This document shows positions 20,401-33,675 of a stretch of 64,000 nt of DNA, piece by piece. The notes under the pieces are model-generated. The model was not told the origin of the DNA. It made no database searches and was given only the letters and a program-made list of their open reading frames with translations. Each line of letters begins with the position of its first letter. The first letter of the stretch is position 1. Both the position numbers and the translations under genes were made by a program. Source of the DNA: Macrostomum lignano (taxonomy: Eukaryota). The DNA is taken from contig NIVC01000094.1 in the NCBI GenBank assembly GCA_002269645.1, positions 930,001 through 994,000 on the forward strand, in the 5' to 3' direction.

Positions 20401-20639
20401 TTTTACAGCTTTGATACATTCATGATACATGTATACTAGCATTCGCTAATGCATTTGCCATTTAAGAAGAGAAAAATGCGTAATAAACGTTAACACGTTT
20501 GTCAGATTTTGATTTAAATGGTTAAAATTTTAAGTAGCAATTAGTGCGTTACTACTTTTAATACTATGGTATGCGGTAAATCTTCGTGAAAACTCGAAGC
20601 CTTATCCAGGGGTTCCGTGTGCAAAATTTCACATCTCCG

Positions 20640-22840
20640 AAAAGCAGCCTCCGTCACAACTCCGACACTTCATATTTCCGACACAATTTATATCTCCGAC
20701 ACTTCATATCTCCGACATTTCATATCTCCACACTTCATATCTCCACACTTCATATCTCCACACTTCATATCTCCGACATTTCATATCTCCGACACTTCAT
20801 ATCTCCGACATTTCATATCTCCACACTTCATATCTCCGACATTTCATATCTCCACACTTCATATCTCCACACTTCATATCTCCACACTTCATATCTCCGA
20901 CATTTCATATCTCCGACACTTCATATCTCCGACATTTCATATCTCCACACTTCATATCTCCACACTTCATATCTCCACACTTCATATCTCCGACATTTCA
21001 TATCTCCGACACTTCATATCTCCGACATTTCATATCTCCGACATTTCATATCTCCGACATTTCATATCTCCGAAACTTCATATCTCCACACTTCATATCT
21101 CCACACTTCATATCTCCACACTTCATATCTCCGACATTTCATATCTCCGACACTTCATATCTCCGACACTTCATATCTCCACACTTCATATCTCCACACT
21201 TCATATCTCCGACACTTATTTCCAACACTTCATATCTCCAACACTTCATATCTCCAACACTTCATATCTCCAACACTTCATATCTCCAACACTTCATATC
21301 TCCGACATTTCATATCTCCGACACTTCATATCTCCGACATTTCATATCTCCGACATTTCATATCTCCGACACTTCATATCTCCGACATTTCATATCTCCG
21401 ACATTTCATATCTCCGACACTTCATATCTCCGACATTTCATATCTCCGACACTTCATATCTCCGACATTTCATATCTCCGACACTTCATATCTCCGACAT
21501 TTCATATCTCCGACACTTCATATCTCCGACACTTCATATCTCCGACATTTCATATCTCCGACATTTCATATCTCCGACACTTCATATCTCCGACATTTCA
21601 TATCTCCGACATTTCATATCTCCGACACTTCATATCTCCGACACTTCATATCTCCGACATTTCATATCTCCGACACTTCATATCTCCGACATTTCATATC
21701 TCCGACATTTCATATCTCCGACACTTCATATCTCCGACATTTCATATCTCCGACACTTCATATCTCCGACACTTCATATCTCCGACATTTCATATCTCCG
21801 ACACTTCATATCTCCGACACTTCATATCTCCACACTTCATATCTCCGACATTTCATATCTCCGACATTTCATATCTCCGACACTTCATATCTCCGACATT
21901 TCATATCTCCGACACTTCATATCTCCGACATTTCATATCTCCGACACTTCATATCTCCGACATTTCATATCTCCGACACTTCATATCTCCGACACTTCAT
22001 ATCTCCGACATTTCATATCTCTGACATTTCATATCTCCGACACTTCATATCTCCGACATTTCATATCTCCGACACTTCATATCTCCGACACTTCATATCT
22101 CCACACTTCATATCTCCACACTTCATATCTCCGACACTTATTTCCAACACTTCATATCTCCAACACTTCATATCTCCAACACTTCATATCTCCAACACTT
22201 CATATCTCCAACACTTCATATCTCCGACATTTCATATCTCCGACACTTCATATCTCCGACATTTCATATCTCCGACATTTCATATCTCCGACACTTCATA
22301 TCTCCGACATTTCATATCTCCGACACTTCATATCTCCGACATTTCATATCTCCGACACTTCATATCTCCGACACTTCATATCTCCGACATTTCATATCTC
22401 CGACATTTCATATCTCCGACACTTCATATCTCCGACATTTCATATCTCCGACATTTCATATCTCCGACACTTCATATCTCCGACACTTCATATCTCCGAC
22501 ACTTCATATCTCCGACATTTCATATCTCCACACTTCATATCTCCGACATTTCATATCTCCGACATTTCATATCTCCGACATTTCATATCTCCACACTTCA
22601 TATCTCCGACATTTCATATCTCCGACATTTCATATCTCCGACACTTCATATCTCCGAAACTTCATATCTCCGACATTTCATATCTCCGACACTTCATATC
22701 TCCGACATTTCATATCTCCGACACTTCATATCTCCGAAACTTCATGTCTCCACACTTCATATCTCCGACACTTCATATCTCCGACATTTCATATCTCCGA
22801 CATTTCATATCTCCGACACTTCATATCTCCGACACTTCAA
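20640..22840. repeat. 2.2-kb 15/16-bp minisatellite (cacttcatatctccga)n
   Basis: More than 130 near-identical units; source of the 750-aa pseudo-ORFs. Confidence 0.98.
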
Positions 22841-23534
22841 TCCGCAACAAGTTCGCCATTAGAAAAAGTTAAGTAATAAATTCAGTAATATCTCCCCTGA
22901 ACCCGGGAAGTCTGAGCTGTTGCTCAAATCGTACCTCCACAGCTATGCGGTATGCAACTTTCTGTCTGTGAGCACAGCTGCCCTCTGTGCAAGCGCTGTG
23001 ATAAAATTCCCCTTTTTTCCCCAAAGACTTTTAGCGTCAAGTTTACTAAAGCAAGTGTGCTTTGCATTGCCTTGCGCTTGCTGTGCTCCTGTCAGCTCTA
23101 CAAGGAGTTGAATACTTCCTGTCAGTCCTATTTTCAACTACCGTAGCTGCTGGTTCAACCCCTATTGTGGACTGATTCTAATAGTTTTCTTGCATTTCAC
23201 GTTGTGTATTGATTCTTCAGCAGGTGTCCCTGTACAGTGACTGGCCCTGTTCTCTCTGTAGTGTAAGGACTGGATTTCCCTTTAAGCTTTTTTATGAGCA
23301 ATTATACACACGAGGTGCTGTGCAACTCACAGCTCTGCTACCTGGTGCCGCTCCTTTTGCCTTTACACTTTGAAAGCATTCTAAAATGGACTACTTTTTA
23401 AAGTTACTATAATGAGAATATTAAAATTAATATATTAATCATCTCTTTAACAGTATATTAAAGCGAATATTAAAAGGAAAATCTAACTCTTCTTCAAATT
23501 TGTCCTACGCTTTTCGACCTGTAAATTAAACCCT

Positions 23535-23915
23535 TCATCTGCCTCCCTCTCCCTTCCATCCGCCTCCCTCTCCCCCTCATCCGCCTCCCTCTCCCCTCCA
23601 TCCGCCTCCCTCTCCCCTCCATCCGCCTCCCTCTCCCCCTCCATCCGCCTCCCTCTCCCCCTCCATCCGCCTCCCTCTCCCCCCATCCGCCTCCCTCTCC
23701 CTCTCCATCCGCCTCCCTCCCCCATCCGCCTCCCTCTCCCCCCATCCGCCTCCCTCTCCCCCCATCCGCCTCCCTCTCCCCTCCATCCGCCTCCCTCCCC
23801 CATCCTCCTCCCTCTCCCCCCATTCACCTCCCTCTCCCCTCCATCCGCCTCCCTCCCCCATCCTCCTCCCTCTCCCCCATCCGCCTCCCTCTCCCCCCAT
23901 TCACCTCCCTCTCCC
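23535..23915. repeat. C-rich ~20-bp repeat (ccatccgcctccctctccc)n
   Basis: Read directly. Confidence 0.92.
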
Positions 23916-24664
23916 CTCTCCGCTTTTGCCTCTCGCGTGAATGAAAAGTGAGAAAGGGAAGGTGAGCAGAGAAGCGAGGAAGCAAGACAGACAGAAGAGA
24001 GGGTACGTATGAGAGATGCAGGGGCTGAGGGGAATGCCATATAGCGCTGACATGCAGTAGTAAGATACAGATAGATATTAGCAATCCCAGTCCATCGGTC
24101 TGCCGACACGCACAAGACAGAGACCCGTGCCACCCTCTCCCCTCTCCCTTATCCCATCCCACCTCTCCTTCGCGTGCGGTTGTCGTGCCACTTTCACATC
24201 TGTTCCAACTTCCATCTGATTTCAAAATTAATAGGCGGGGGGCGGACCAGAGCAGACAGAAGGCCACACAGACTGCAGATCTGCTTGCTGCAAAGGCTGC
24301 TATTAAACACTGTTGTGTTAGCCAAGGTTCAAAGTTGTGACAACCGCGTTGGGGGCGGAATGCAACTAATAATAATGAAGAAAATGGGGTTTGAAAGTCT
24401 GAGATAAAACTCCTATAGCCCCGTCATCATCGCCAACCCTCTGTCTAGTGTAGGGTATCGCCTTATAGCACAAAGACTGTGTATAGCTATTGCCCTAGCA
24501 CAAAGACCTACAAACACAACAGATTGCAAGAATCTGTACAACTTAGTTGAATAAGGTGTCTCTTAGAATAATTTGGAAACTAACAAAATTAATCGCTTCA
24601 TTAAATCCACAGTTCCAGTTATTGGCCTTTTGTTGTATTTTACTCGCACTTATGAGGGTGAGGC

Positions 24665-24930
24665 AGGGAGGCAGGTGGAAGGGAGAGGGAGGCAGAGGGA
24701 GGCAGAGGGAGGCAGAGGGAGGCAGAGGGAGGCAGAGGGAGGCAGAGGGAGGCAGAGGGAGGCAGGGGGAGGCAGAGGGAGGCAGAGGGAGGCAGAGGGA
24801 GGCAGAGGGAGGCAGAGGGAGGGAGAGGGAGGCAGGGGGAGGCAGAGGGAGGCAGAGGGAGGCAGAGGGAGGCAGAGGGAGGCAGAGGGAGGCAGAGGGA
24901 GGCAGAGGGAGGGGAGAGGGAGGCAGAGGG
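24665..24930. repeat. (ggaggcagag)n 10-bp purine repeat
   Basis: Read directly. Confidence 0.95.
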
Positions 24931-25640
24931 AGGAGAGAAGAAGCCAGTTTGAGGGAAGAGGGCTGAGTGGAGAGGGGGCAGGTGGAGACGAAAGGGAGGC
25001 AGATAGAAGGGAGAGGGAGGCAGATGAAGGGGAGATGTTTGCAAGATGAGGGTCACAGGCAGAAACTTTGTTCCAATTTAAAGAAAAAAACGTTAAAAAT
25101 TTGAAGTGAACGGCTGGATGGAGAGAAAAAACTCGCGATAAAAAAGCAGACTTTGAAAAGCGAAAAGCTCAGACAGTGCAGGCCGCCCAGTGATTGCACA
25201 ATTTGCCTTGGGGCTGCAATCTCGGTTGGTGTCTCCAGTCCTGCAGCCCCCCCCCCCTGCCCCGAGCGAGCAATTATATTTAGGGACGCCATTGTGCAAG
25301 CGATTAAGTTGATCGCCTCAACACACCTTTCGCTTTCGCCCGATAATAACCAACGCGAATTGATTTGGTGCCGATTGTCCCCCCAGCTGAGTGGAGTCTG
25401 GGCGGCCTCATCAGCTGCGGCTTTAATTGCAAACGAAATGGAGGGCGAGAGAATTGTAAGACGTGAACGAGGCACAACTCTCTCTTCCTTCTTAATCCCC
25501 AATTATTGACACCCAAAGTCACTTCTTTTTTATCCCCTAAATGGGGATCATTGTGCGATCTGCATATAGTCTTTGTAGGCTTGGAACAAAGACTAAGAAA
25601 ACGAATTAAATCGGCTTATCTTCGTGCTCTTGGAAACGCG

Positions 25641-25722
<82 letters not shown>

Positions 25723-25735
25723 CCTATCTATCTAG
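25641..25735. repeat. (TATC)n microsatellite
   Basis: About 23 units. Confidence 0.97.
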
Positions 25736-26417
25736 GTATGTGATCGATTTCAGAAGAATAATAGCTATAAGAATAGTACAGAAACTGCTGAAGAAATTAT
25801 ATCTGCTCTACATTTTTTGTACTACAAAGCTTGCACAAAGAGCAAGTAAGGAATTCCCAGATGGGCGACCGATGGAGCTTCAGCTCGAGCAGCAAAATCC
25901 CTACTGAGTTAAGAAAGGAAAAGCGTGCAGTTTTAGCACCATCTCATGGTCGTCAAGGCAACAGACTCTAATCGCGGGTAAAGTCTCCAAGTGCTTCCTC
26001 CCCTGGGGGATTCCATCCTGCCTGGTAGGCGCCAATTCAAAGAGCAGTCTTCCTCGACCAAAAAAGTTAAACAAAAAATCTAACCCAGGTTCACAGCAAG
26101 TCTGAAGCACTCGGTTTGCTGCTCAATTGAACTACTCTGCAAAACATTCCTGGAAAAAAACTACTCAACATTATTAGCGGCCATGAAGTGGGGGGTAGCG
26201 CTGTGTTTTGTAACCAAGCTTGTGTCGGAGGTCTGTTTTTTAAACTATTTTTCAATCTTCACGTCCTTTTAAAGGGCGAAATCCCATGGGAATTCCTGCG
26301 GTCGTATAGGGCCGGGTGTCCCGTTAGCCACTTAGTATTGAAATTAGTCAATTAAAAATCATGTACACACAAATTGTTCACCAACTTTGCTGAGCTCCTA
26401 TACCGTTAAGAAGGCCG

Positions 26418-27118
26418 CTAGTCATGCAGGAATCACCCGCTAGTTATCCAGGAATCACCCGCTAGTTATCCAGGAATCACACGCTAGTTATTCTGGAATC
26501 ACCCACTAGGCATCCAGGAATCACCCGCTAGTCATCCAGGAATCACCCGCTAGTTATCCAGGAATCACCCGCTAGTTATCCAGGAATCACACGCTAGTTA
26601 TTCTGGAATCACCCACTAGGCATCCAGGAATCACCCGCTAGTCATCCAGGAATCACCCGCTAGTTATCCAGGAATCACACGCTAGTTATTCTGGAATCAC
26701 CCACTAGGCATCCAGGAATCACCCGCTAGTCATCCAGGAATCACCCGCTAGTTATCCAGGAATCACCCGCTAGTTATCCAGGAATCACCCGCTAGTTATC
26801 CAGGAATCACACGCTAGTTATTCTGGAATCACCCACTAGGCATCCAGGAATCACCCGCTAGTCATCCAGGAATCACCCGCTAGTTATCCAGGAATCACCC
26901 GCTAGTTATCCAGGAATCACACGCTAGTTATTCTGGAATCACCCACTAGGCATCCAGGAATCACCCGCTAGTCATCCAGGAATCACACGCTAGTTATGCA
27001 GGAATCACCCGCTAGTTATCTAGGAATCACCCGCTAGTCATGCAGGAATCGCCCGCTAGTTATCCCAGAATCACCGCTAGTTATCCAGGAATCGCCCGCT
27101 AGTTATCCCAGAATCGCC
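26418..27118. repeat. 22-bp minisatellite (ggaatcacccgctagttatcca)n with higher-order variant cycling
   Basis: Read directly; the variants acacgctagttattct and ccactaggcatcc recur in fixed order. Confidence 0.95.
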
Positions 27119-27704
27119 TCAGAGTCGCAGTGGTGTCCTCAGGGCGCTGTCTCAAAAAACCGCAACTGGCGCAGCTTCCACCGTTGCCAATGTAAATAAT
27201 AACCAGTGCCAGGCTATAGAGAAATAAGAAGCCCCAATGCAAAGGGACTGAGAACTGGCGGGATTGTAGCTATTGCAAGGATTGATTCCGCTCGGATTGC
27301 AAATTTCAGTGAAGAGTCCCAATTGTCCCCCTATTGTTCAGGAGATGTCTAGCATGCATGCATTTAGCTCAGCTATTTAGTTTGTGCAGTGTATAACAGT
27401 TCGGTGAGCAAAGCCTATGCTAACAGCCAATTATTTATTGGCTAGCCCTAGCAACCAGGCCACTGAGACCCGGGAAGCTTAGGTTAGCCCATAGACTATG
27501 GCGAATTCCTAAAAAAAACGTTACAAACCTCTGCCCTAACCTTCAATTTCATGACTTCTGATGACTTTTTAAGCTTTCTGATTGCAAGTCATTTACTTAC
27601 GTCGTGTCATCCAAAAATTTTTGCACACTTGAGGCATTCGGGCATGTTATTCTGAGAGATGAGGAAATGTGGAGTTTAGGGGATATTTTGCATTCTTGCA
27701 TTTG

Positions 27705-28495
27705 CATTCTAAGGGAAGTGCCATTTTCGATTCTAGGAGTGCCATTTTCTATTCTAGGAGTGCCATTTTCTATTCTAGGAGTGTCATTTTCTATTCTAGG
27801 AGTGCCATTTTCTATTCTAGGAGTGCCATTTTCTATTCTAGGAGTGCCGATTTGTGTTCTAGGAGTGCCGATTTGTGTTCTAGGAGTGCCGATTTGTGTT
27901 CTAGGAGTGCCGATTTGTGTTCTAGGAGTGCCGATTTGTGTTCTAGGAGTGCCGATTTGTGTTCTAGGAGTGCCGATTTGTGTTCTAGGAGTGCCATTTT
28001 GTATTCTAGGAGTGCCAATTTGTGTTCTAGGAGTGTCAATTTGTATTCTAGGAGTGCCAATTTGTGTTCTAGGAGTGCCATTTTGTATTCTAGGAGTGCC
28101 AATTTGTGTTCTAGGAGTGTCATTTTGTATTCTAGGAGTGCCAATTTGTGTTCTAGGAGTGTCATTTTGTATTCTAAGAGTGCCAATTTGTGTTCTAGGA
28201 GTGCCAATTTGTGTTCTAGGAGTGCCAATTTGTATTCTAGGAGTGCCAATTTGTGTTCTAGGAGTGTCATTTTGTATTCTAGGAGTGCCATTTTGTATTC
28301 TAGGAGTGCCAATTTGTGTTCTAGGAGTGCCAATTTGTATTCTAGGAGTGCCAATTTGTGTTCTAGGAGTGTCATTTTGTATTCTAGGAGTGTCATTTTG
28401 TATTCTAGGAAGAGTGCCATTTTTTTAGGAGTGCTATTTTCCATTCTAGGAGTGCCATTTTGCATTATAGGAGTGCCATTTTGTATTCTAAGAGT
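27705..28495. repeat. 21-bp minisatellite (ttctaggagtgccattttgta)n
   Basis: Read directly. Confidence 0.95.
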
Positions 28496-29444
28496 TCCCG
28501 TTTTGTTCTCAAAAAGTCGGTTTTTTTAAATAAAGTTTTATTTTATATTTATTTTGAGCAATTCTGTGCCATTTTGATGCAAAAACTGTGTCACTGACCA
28601 GTTTGTATCAAAGCCCAAAATATCGGGAAATTTAAATTTCAAACCCGAGAGTGAAGAAATTAATTACTGCTTCCAGGGAAGAAAATCAATTAAGATTCAG
28701 AGGATGAGCTGCTTCTGTTGCTTTGGTAGGGCCAGAAAGAGAAGAAGACTAAAATTGCTTTTTTTTCTCCCAGCCAAACCCCCGCCCACTCCTAAAAGAT
28801 AAGTTTTTTACAAGCAGCTGCTACTCTGGCTCCGCCCACCTAATTAAGCCCGTGCAAATTCATTAAAACATCGGTGCACCCAGCCCCACCCCATGCGGGC
28901 AAATAATCTAACACAAAATCATTGTTGCATTGTGCCTGCTTCTCATGCCCGTGGGTTCACAAGTGAGCTGAGAACGGCTGCACTGGATGAAGCTGGCTGA
29001 GGTCAGCCTAGCGTCTCAGAATTACTATACCTAGATAGTATTGCATGAGAACAAAAGTGATGAAGCTGTTTCGAGCTGAGTGCATTATCAAGTGGCCTAT
29101 AGCTTCATCTACTATGTTAGGAGATCTCGAAAATCTGCGTGAGAACGCTGCTCCCGGTGAAATAGGGGCCCAGCAAGATGGAGTGGTCAGACAGGCAGAT
29201 AGGGTCCAAGTTGAAGAGAGTGGGTAAGTGGCTATTTTGATTGACAGGTTTGACACTGTCAGTCTTTCGGTACCTATGCAGTGCATTTCTATGCTGTACA
29301 CGTGTCCAGCCACGCAGTAATGCAATGCAGATTCTATTGAAGGTTTTGAAATTTCATTGATTACTGCTAGCTAACAATGGTCATTTTTCTCAGCTCATTT
29401 TAGTGTCAAATCTCTCCAATCTGATTCTATCGTGGACTGGGAAT

Positions 29445-29968
29445 AGTTATCCCAGAATCGCCCGCTGGTTATCCCAGAATCGCCCGCTAGTTATCCCAGA
29501 ATCGCCCGCTGGTTATCCCAGAATCGCCCGCTAGTTATCCCAGAATCGCCCGCTAGTTATCCCAGAATCGCCCGCTAGTTATCCCAGAATCGCCCGCTAG
29601 TTATCCAGAATCACCCGCTAGTTATCCAGGAATCGCCCGCTAGTCATGCAGGAATCACCCGCTAGTTATTCAAAAATCACCCGCTAGTTATCCCAGAATC
29701 ACCCGCTATTTATCCCAGAATCACCCGCTAGTTATCCAGGAATCGCCCGCTAGTCATGCAGGAATCACCCGCTAGTTATTCAAGAATCACCCGCTAGTTA
29801 TCCCAGAATCACCCGCTAGTTATCCCAGAATAGCCCGCTAGTTATCCCAGAATCACCCGCTAGTTATCCAGAATCACCCGCTAGTTATCCCAGAATCACC
29901 CGCTAGTTATCCCAGAATCACCCGCTAGTTATCCCAGAATCGCCCGCTAGTTATCCCAGAATCACCCA
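29445..29968. repeat. 22-bp minisatellite (cagaatcacccgctagttatcc)n, same family as 26418-27118
   Basis: Read directly. Confidence 0.95.
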
Positions 29969-30837
29969 CGAGCTTCAGTCCGATTTCGTGATCATCTGTG
30001 ACGGTGACTGGCAGGCAGTTCAAGTGCACAATAACCCCCCCCCCAACCTTAATTGATGCACCTTATCGAGAAGCCAAAAAACGCGCGTTGAAACCGCCAA
30101 GCATTGTAGAATGCGAGAGGAGAGGAGAGATGAAAGTAACAGAGGGAGCTGCGGTTCCCTCCCTCAAGGAGATAGGAAATCCCTGCTAGCTACACATGCC
30201 GAAACCTTCATCAGTGCTGGAGTGGGCTGCGGATAAACAGTGCAGTCCAAGTTCTGCGCCACCACCTTGCAAAAGCTGTCAGTCAAAGTTCTGTTGCGCA
30301 GACTGCACCCCATATACAGCCTTATACATACATCACCGCTAAGTTCTTTGCGGAAAGGAGTTGATGGACAGGAAAGGTAAGAAAGTTATATCGGTCCGTG
30401 TCTGTATAATCGCATCTTGGTGGTTCGACCAATACTGCAATGCATTCCAGAATCCCAACTACTGAAACCCTTTTCCCACACGTGCGGGATCAAGATTGCA
30501 CGGCCGGCCACTGACACACTGTCTACTAGTTTCCATTGAGCTTCGGCCTAGCAACCAGATTTTAATGATCTGATGGCGCTGATTATGGGAGCAAAGTGGG
30601 TGGAAGCGGGGAAGGCCATGCGAAATTCTCCCACTAAATATGGCTGATTGATCAAGATCGGTGGCACTCCTTAATACTCTCACTCAGAACAACAAGAGCT
30701 TACAGTTTCCCACAAGTTCAGAAGCTCATGGACGGTCAATAAAATCCATTTATCTGCATGAATCTGTGCTCTATGTGATTGCATTCATTGCATTTTTGTG
30801 GTGTGCCACTTAGCGATCAGAGAGTTCAGTATTCGTT

Positions 30838-31560
30838 AAGTGCCATTGGAGATCTGGGGAGTGTCATTGGAGATCTGGCGAGTGCCATTGGAGATCTGGC
30901 GAGTGCCATTGGAGATCTGGAGAGTGCTATTGGTGATCTGTGGAGTGCCATTGGAGATCTGGCGAGTGCCATTGGAGATCTGGCGAGTGCCATTGGAGAT
31001 CTGGCGAGTGCCATTGGAGAACTGGCGAGTGCCATTGGAGAACTGGCGAGTGCCATTGGAGATCTGAGGAGTGCCATAGGAGATCTGGTGAGTGCCATTG
31101 GAGATCTGGAGAGTGCATTTGGAGATCTGAGGAGTGCCATTGGAGATCTGGAGAGTGCCATTGGAGATCTGAGGAGTGCCATTGGAGATCTGGCGAGTGC
31201 CATTGGCGATCTGGCGAGTGCCATTGGAGATCTGAAGAGTGCCATTGGAGATCTGAGGAGTGCCATAGGAGATCTGGTGAGTGCCATTGGAGATCTGGAG
31301 AGTGCTATTGGTGATCTGTGGAGTGCCATTGGAGATCTGGAGAGTGCATTTGGAGATCTGAGGAGTGCCATTTGAGATCTGGAGAGTGCCATTGGAGATC
31401 TGAGGAGTGCCACTGGAGATCTGGAGAGTGCATTTGGAGATCTTGGTGTGCCATTGGAGATCTGGGGAGTTCCATTGGAGATCTGGGGAGTGCCATTGGA
31501 GATCTGGGGAGTGCCATTAGAGATCTGAGGAGTGCTATTGGTGATCTGTGGAGTTCTATC
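30838..31560. repeat. 21-bp minisatellite (gagtgccattggagatctggc)n
   Basis: Read directly. Confidence 0.95.
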
Positions 31561-32257
31561 AGAGACATGGGGAGTAGCATAGGTGCAGCTCTGAGAAATT
31601 CTGTGCTAAAAGTACTCCAGGTAAAAACTTCTAGATCCCATTGAGAACTCTCGCAGACTAGAACCCATGGCCATTCAAGCTTGGCTCCCCGCAGCGCAGC
31701 TCCACGAGCTCCCACTCGCCACTTTAGAGCACAATATATAGCAATTATATAGATATAAAAAAGCTAATTTTGAGTTTGTCTGTTCACCTTCACCTACTTA
31801 TCAAATCTATAATATTGTTCGCAAATTATTTGGATGAATTGTCTGTATAATAACACAATAAATTAATATAGCCAATCTGAATGAGACTGGGGTTGAGTGA
31901 CAATCCCACTGGGAAATTAGCAATTGCTTGCTTGAGTCGCATCCGGCAATTCAGAATTGTTAAAACACCCGGTCAGCGGGCGGTACCCAGCATGCAACCC
32001 AATTGGCCAAGAAAATCTTGGGCCTAAATGCATGTGAATGAAGACCCACACAGACACAGATTGGTAAATCCCAATGCTATATGGGCGACCCCCTGCGGAT
32101 GTTGCAACAACTGTTCCTTGCCATTTTTTGAGAAAAAAGTCAAAGCACACAAAGCAGATGGAAAGAGGGTTGCTTCACGCGTGACAATCGAAGTTTGTTA
32201 TAAATACAGCTTTGTTGCAACCTCGTATGTGAACTGTGTGATATACAGAATGACTGT

Positions 32258-33030
32258 AAATAAGCTACAGTGTGATACAGAATGGCTGTAACTACAGTGT
32301 GATACAGAATGGCTGTAAGTGATCTACAGAGTGATACAGAATGGCTGTAAGTGATCTACAGTGTGATACAGAATGGCTGTAAGTGATCTACAGTGTGATA
32401 CAGAATGGCTGTAAGTGATCTACAGTGTGATACAGAATGGCTGTAAGTGATCTACAGTGTGATACAGAATGGCTGTAACTACAGTGTGATACAGAATGGC
32501 TGTAACAGATCTACATTGTGATACAGAATGACTGTAACTACAGTGTGATACAGAATGGCTGTAAGTGATCTACAGTGTAATACAGAATGGCTGTAACTGA
32601 TCTACATTGTGATACAGAATGGCTGTAACTGATCTACATTGTGATACAGAATGACTGTAACTACAGTGTGATACAGAATGGCTGTAAGTGATCTACAGTG
32701 TAATACAGAATGGCTGTAACTGATCTACATTGTGATACAGAATGGCTGTAACTGATCTACATTGTGATACAGAATGACTGTAACTACAGTGTGATACAGA
32801 ATGGCTGTAAGTGATCTACAGAGTGATACAGAATGGCTGTAAGTGATCTACAGTGTGATACAGAATGGCTGTAAGTGATCTACATTGTGATGCAGAATGA
32901 CTTTAACTACAGTGTGATACAGAATGGCTGTAAGTGATCTACAGTGGGATGCAGAATGACTGTAACTGATCTACAGTGTGATACAGAATGGCTGTAACTG
33001 ATCTACAGTTTGATACAGAATGGCTGTAAC
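32258..33030. repeat. 27/32-bp minisatellite (tacagtgtgatacagaatggctgtaagtgatc)n
   Basis: Read directly. Confidence 0.95.
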
Positions 33031-33675
33031 TTAATTACAGCAAAATACAGAATGGTTTAAAAAGTAATTAAACGGAATAGCATTACAGCATTGCTCGAAC
33101 AGCACTTCCTTAACAAGCTAGCGCAGACCTCGGTCCCTAATTTGCGCAATAACTCGCAGTCAAGCTTATTAAACACTATTGGCCAGTATTAATGGCCATA
33201 GACTAAATTGCCCGAAGCTCCAGTTCTGCCCCTCGCAATTTTCGCTAAGGGGGGTCTCCAAACCGTGGTCCATTAGCCCAGCGAACTGCTCCGGTCCCTC
33301 GGCTCCGCCCTCCCGAACCCCCGCTGCGACTGGCCCAGCTGGCCGGCCAATCCGAGCCGGTCGCGGCGCCCGCCACCCCAACCTCCGCGCCAGCCTCCGC
33401 CACCTCCACAGCCCCGGCTCTCCCCGGCGCGGCACCCCGCAGGTTAAAAGACCGACCCCCCGGCGGAGGCCACCCGCCAGGCGCGCCCCGCTCAGTCGGT
33501 CTTCTGCAAGCAGAAATCAGGCAAAAGTCTATTATAACCAACCTCGCCTACCCAGCCGCCTAGGCAGAGTCTCCCTGCAGTGCAGCGGGATCCTTAATCC
33601 CCGGGCCAGCGGTCGCAAATCCCCCCCGTACAGCCACACCCCCTGCCGAGTTCTCCGCGGTGTAAAGCCGGCGGC

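Noticed and set aside
20586-22872. 758-aa and 751-aa ORFs (HISDTSYLRHFISPT repeats)
   Set aside because: They are translations of a 15/16-bp minisatellite that happens to lack stops; there is no splice or domain context.
20600-22910. Possible inverted ends (ggggttcc / gaacccggg) around the 2.2-kb array
   Set aside because: The match is too short and imperfect, and there is no TSD.
27604-31715. ORFs with heptad-like repeats (LEHKLAL, AIGDLAS, RSPMALL) resembling coiled-coil proteins
   Set aside because: They come from 21-bp arrays open in several frames on both strands, typical of satellite pseudo-ORFs.
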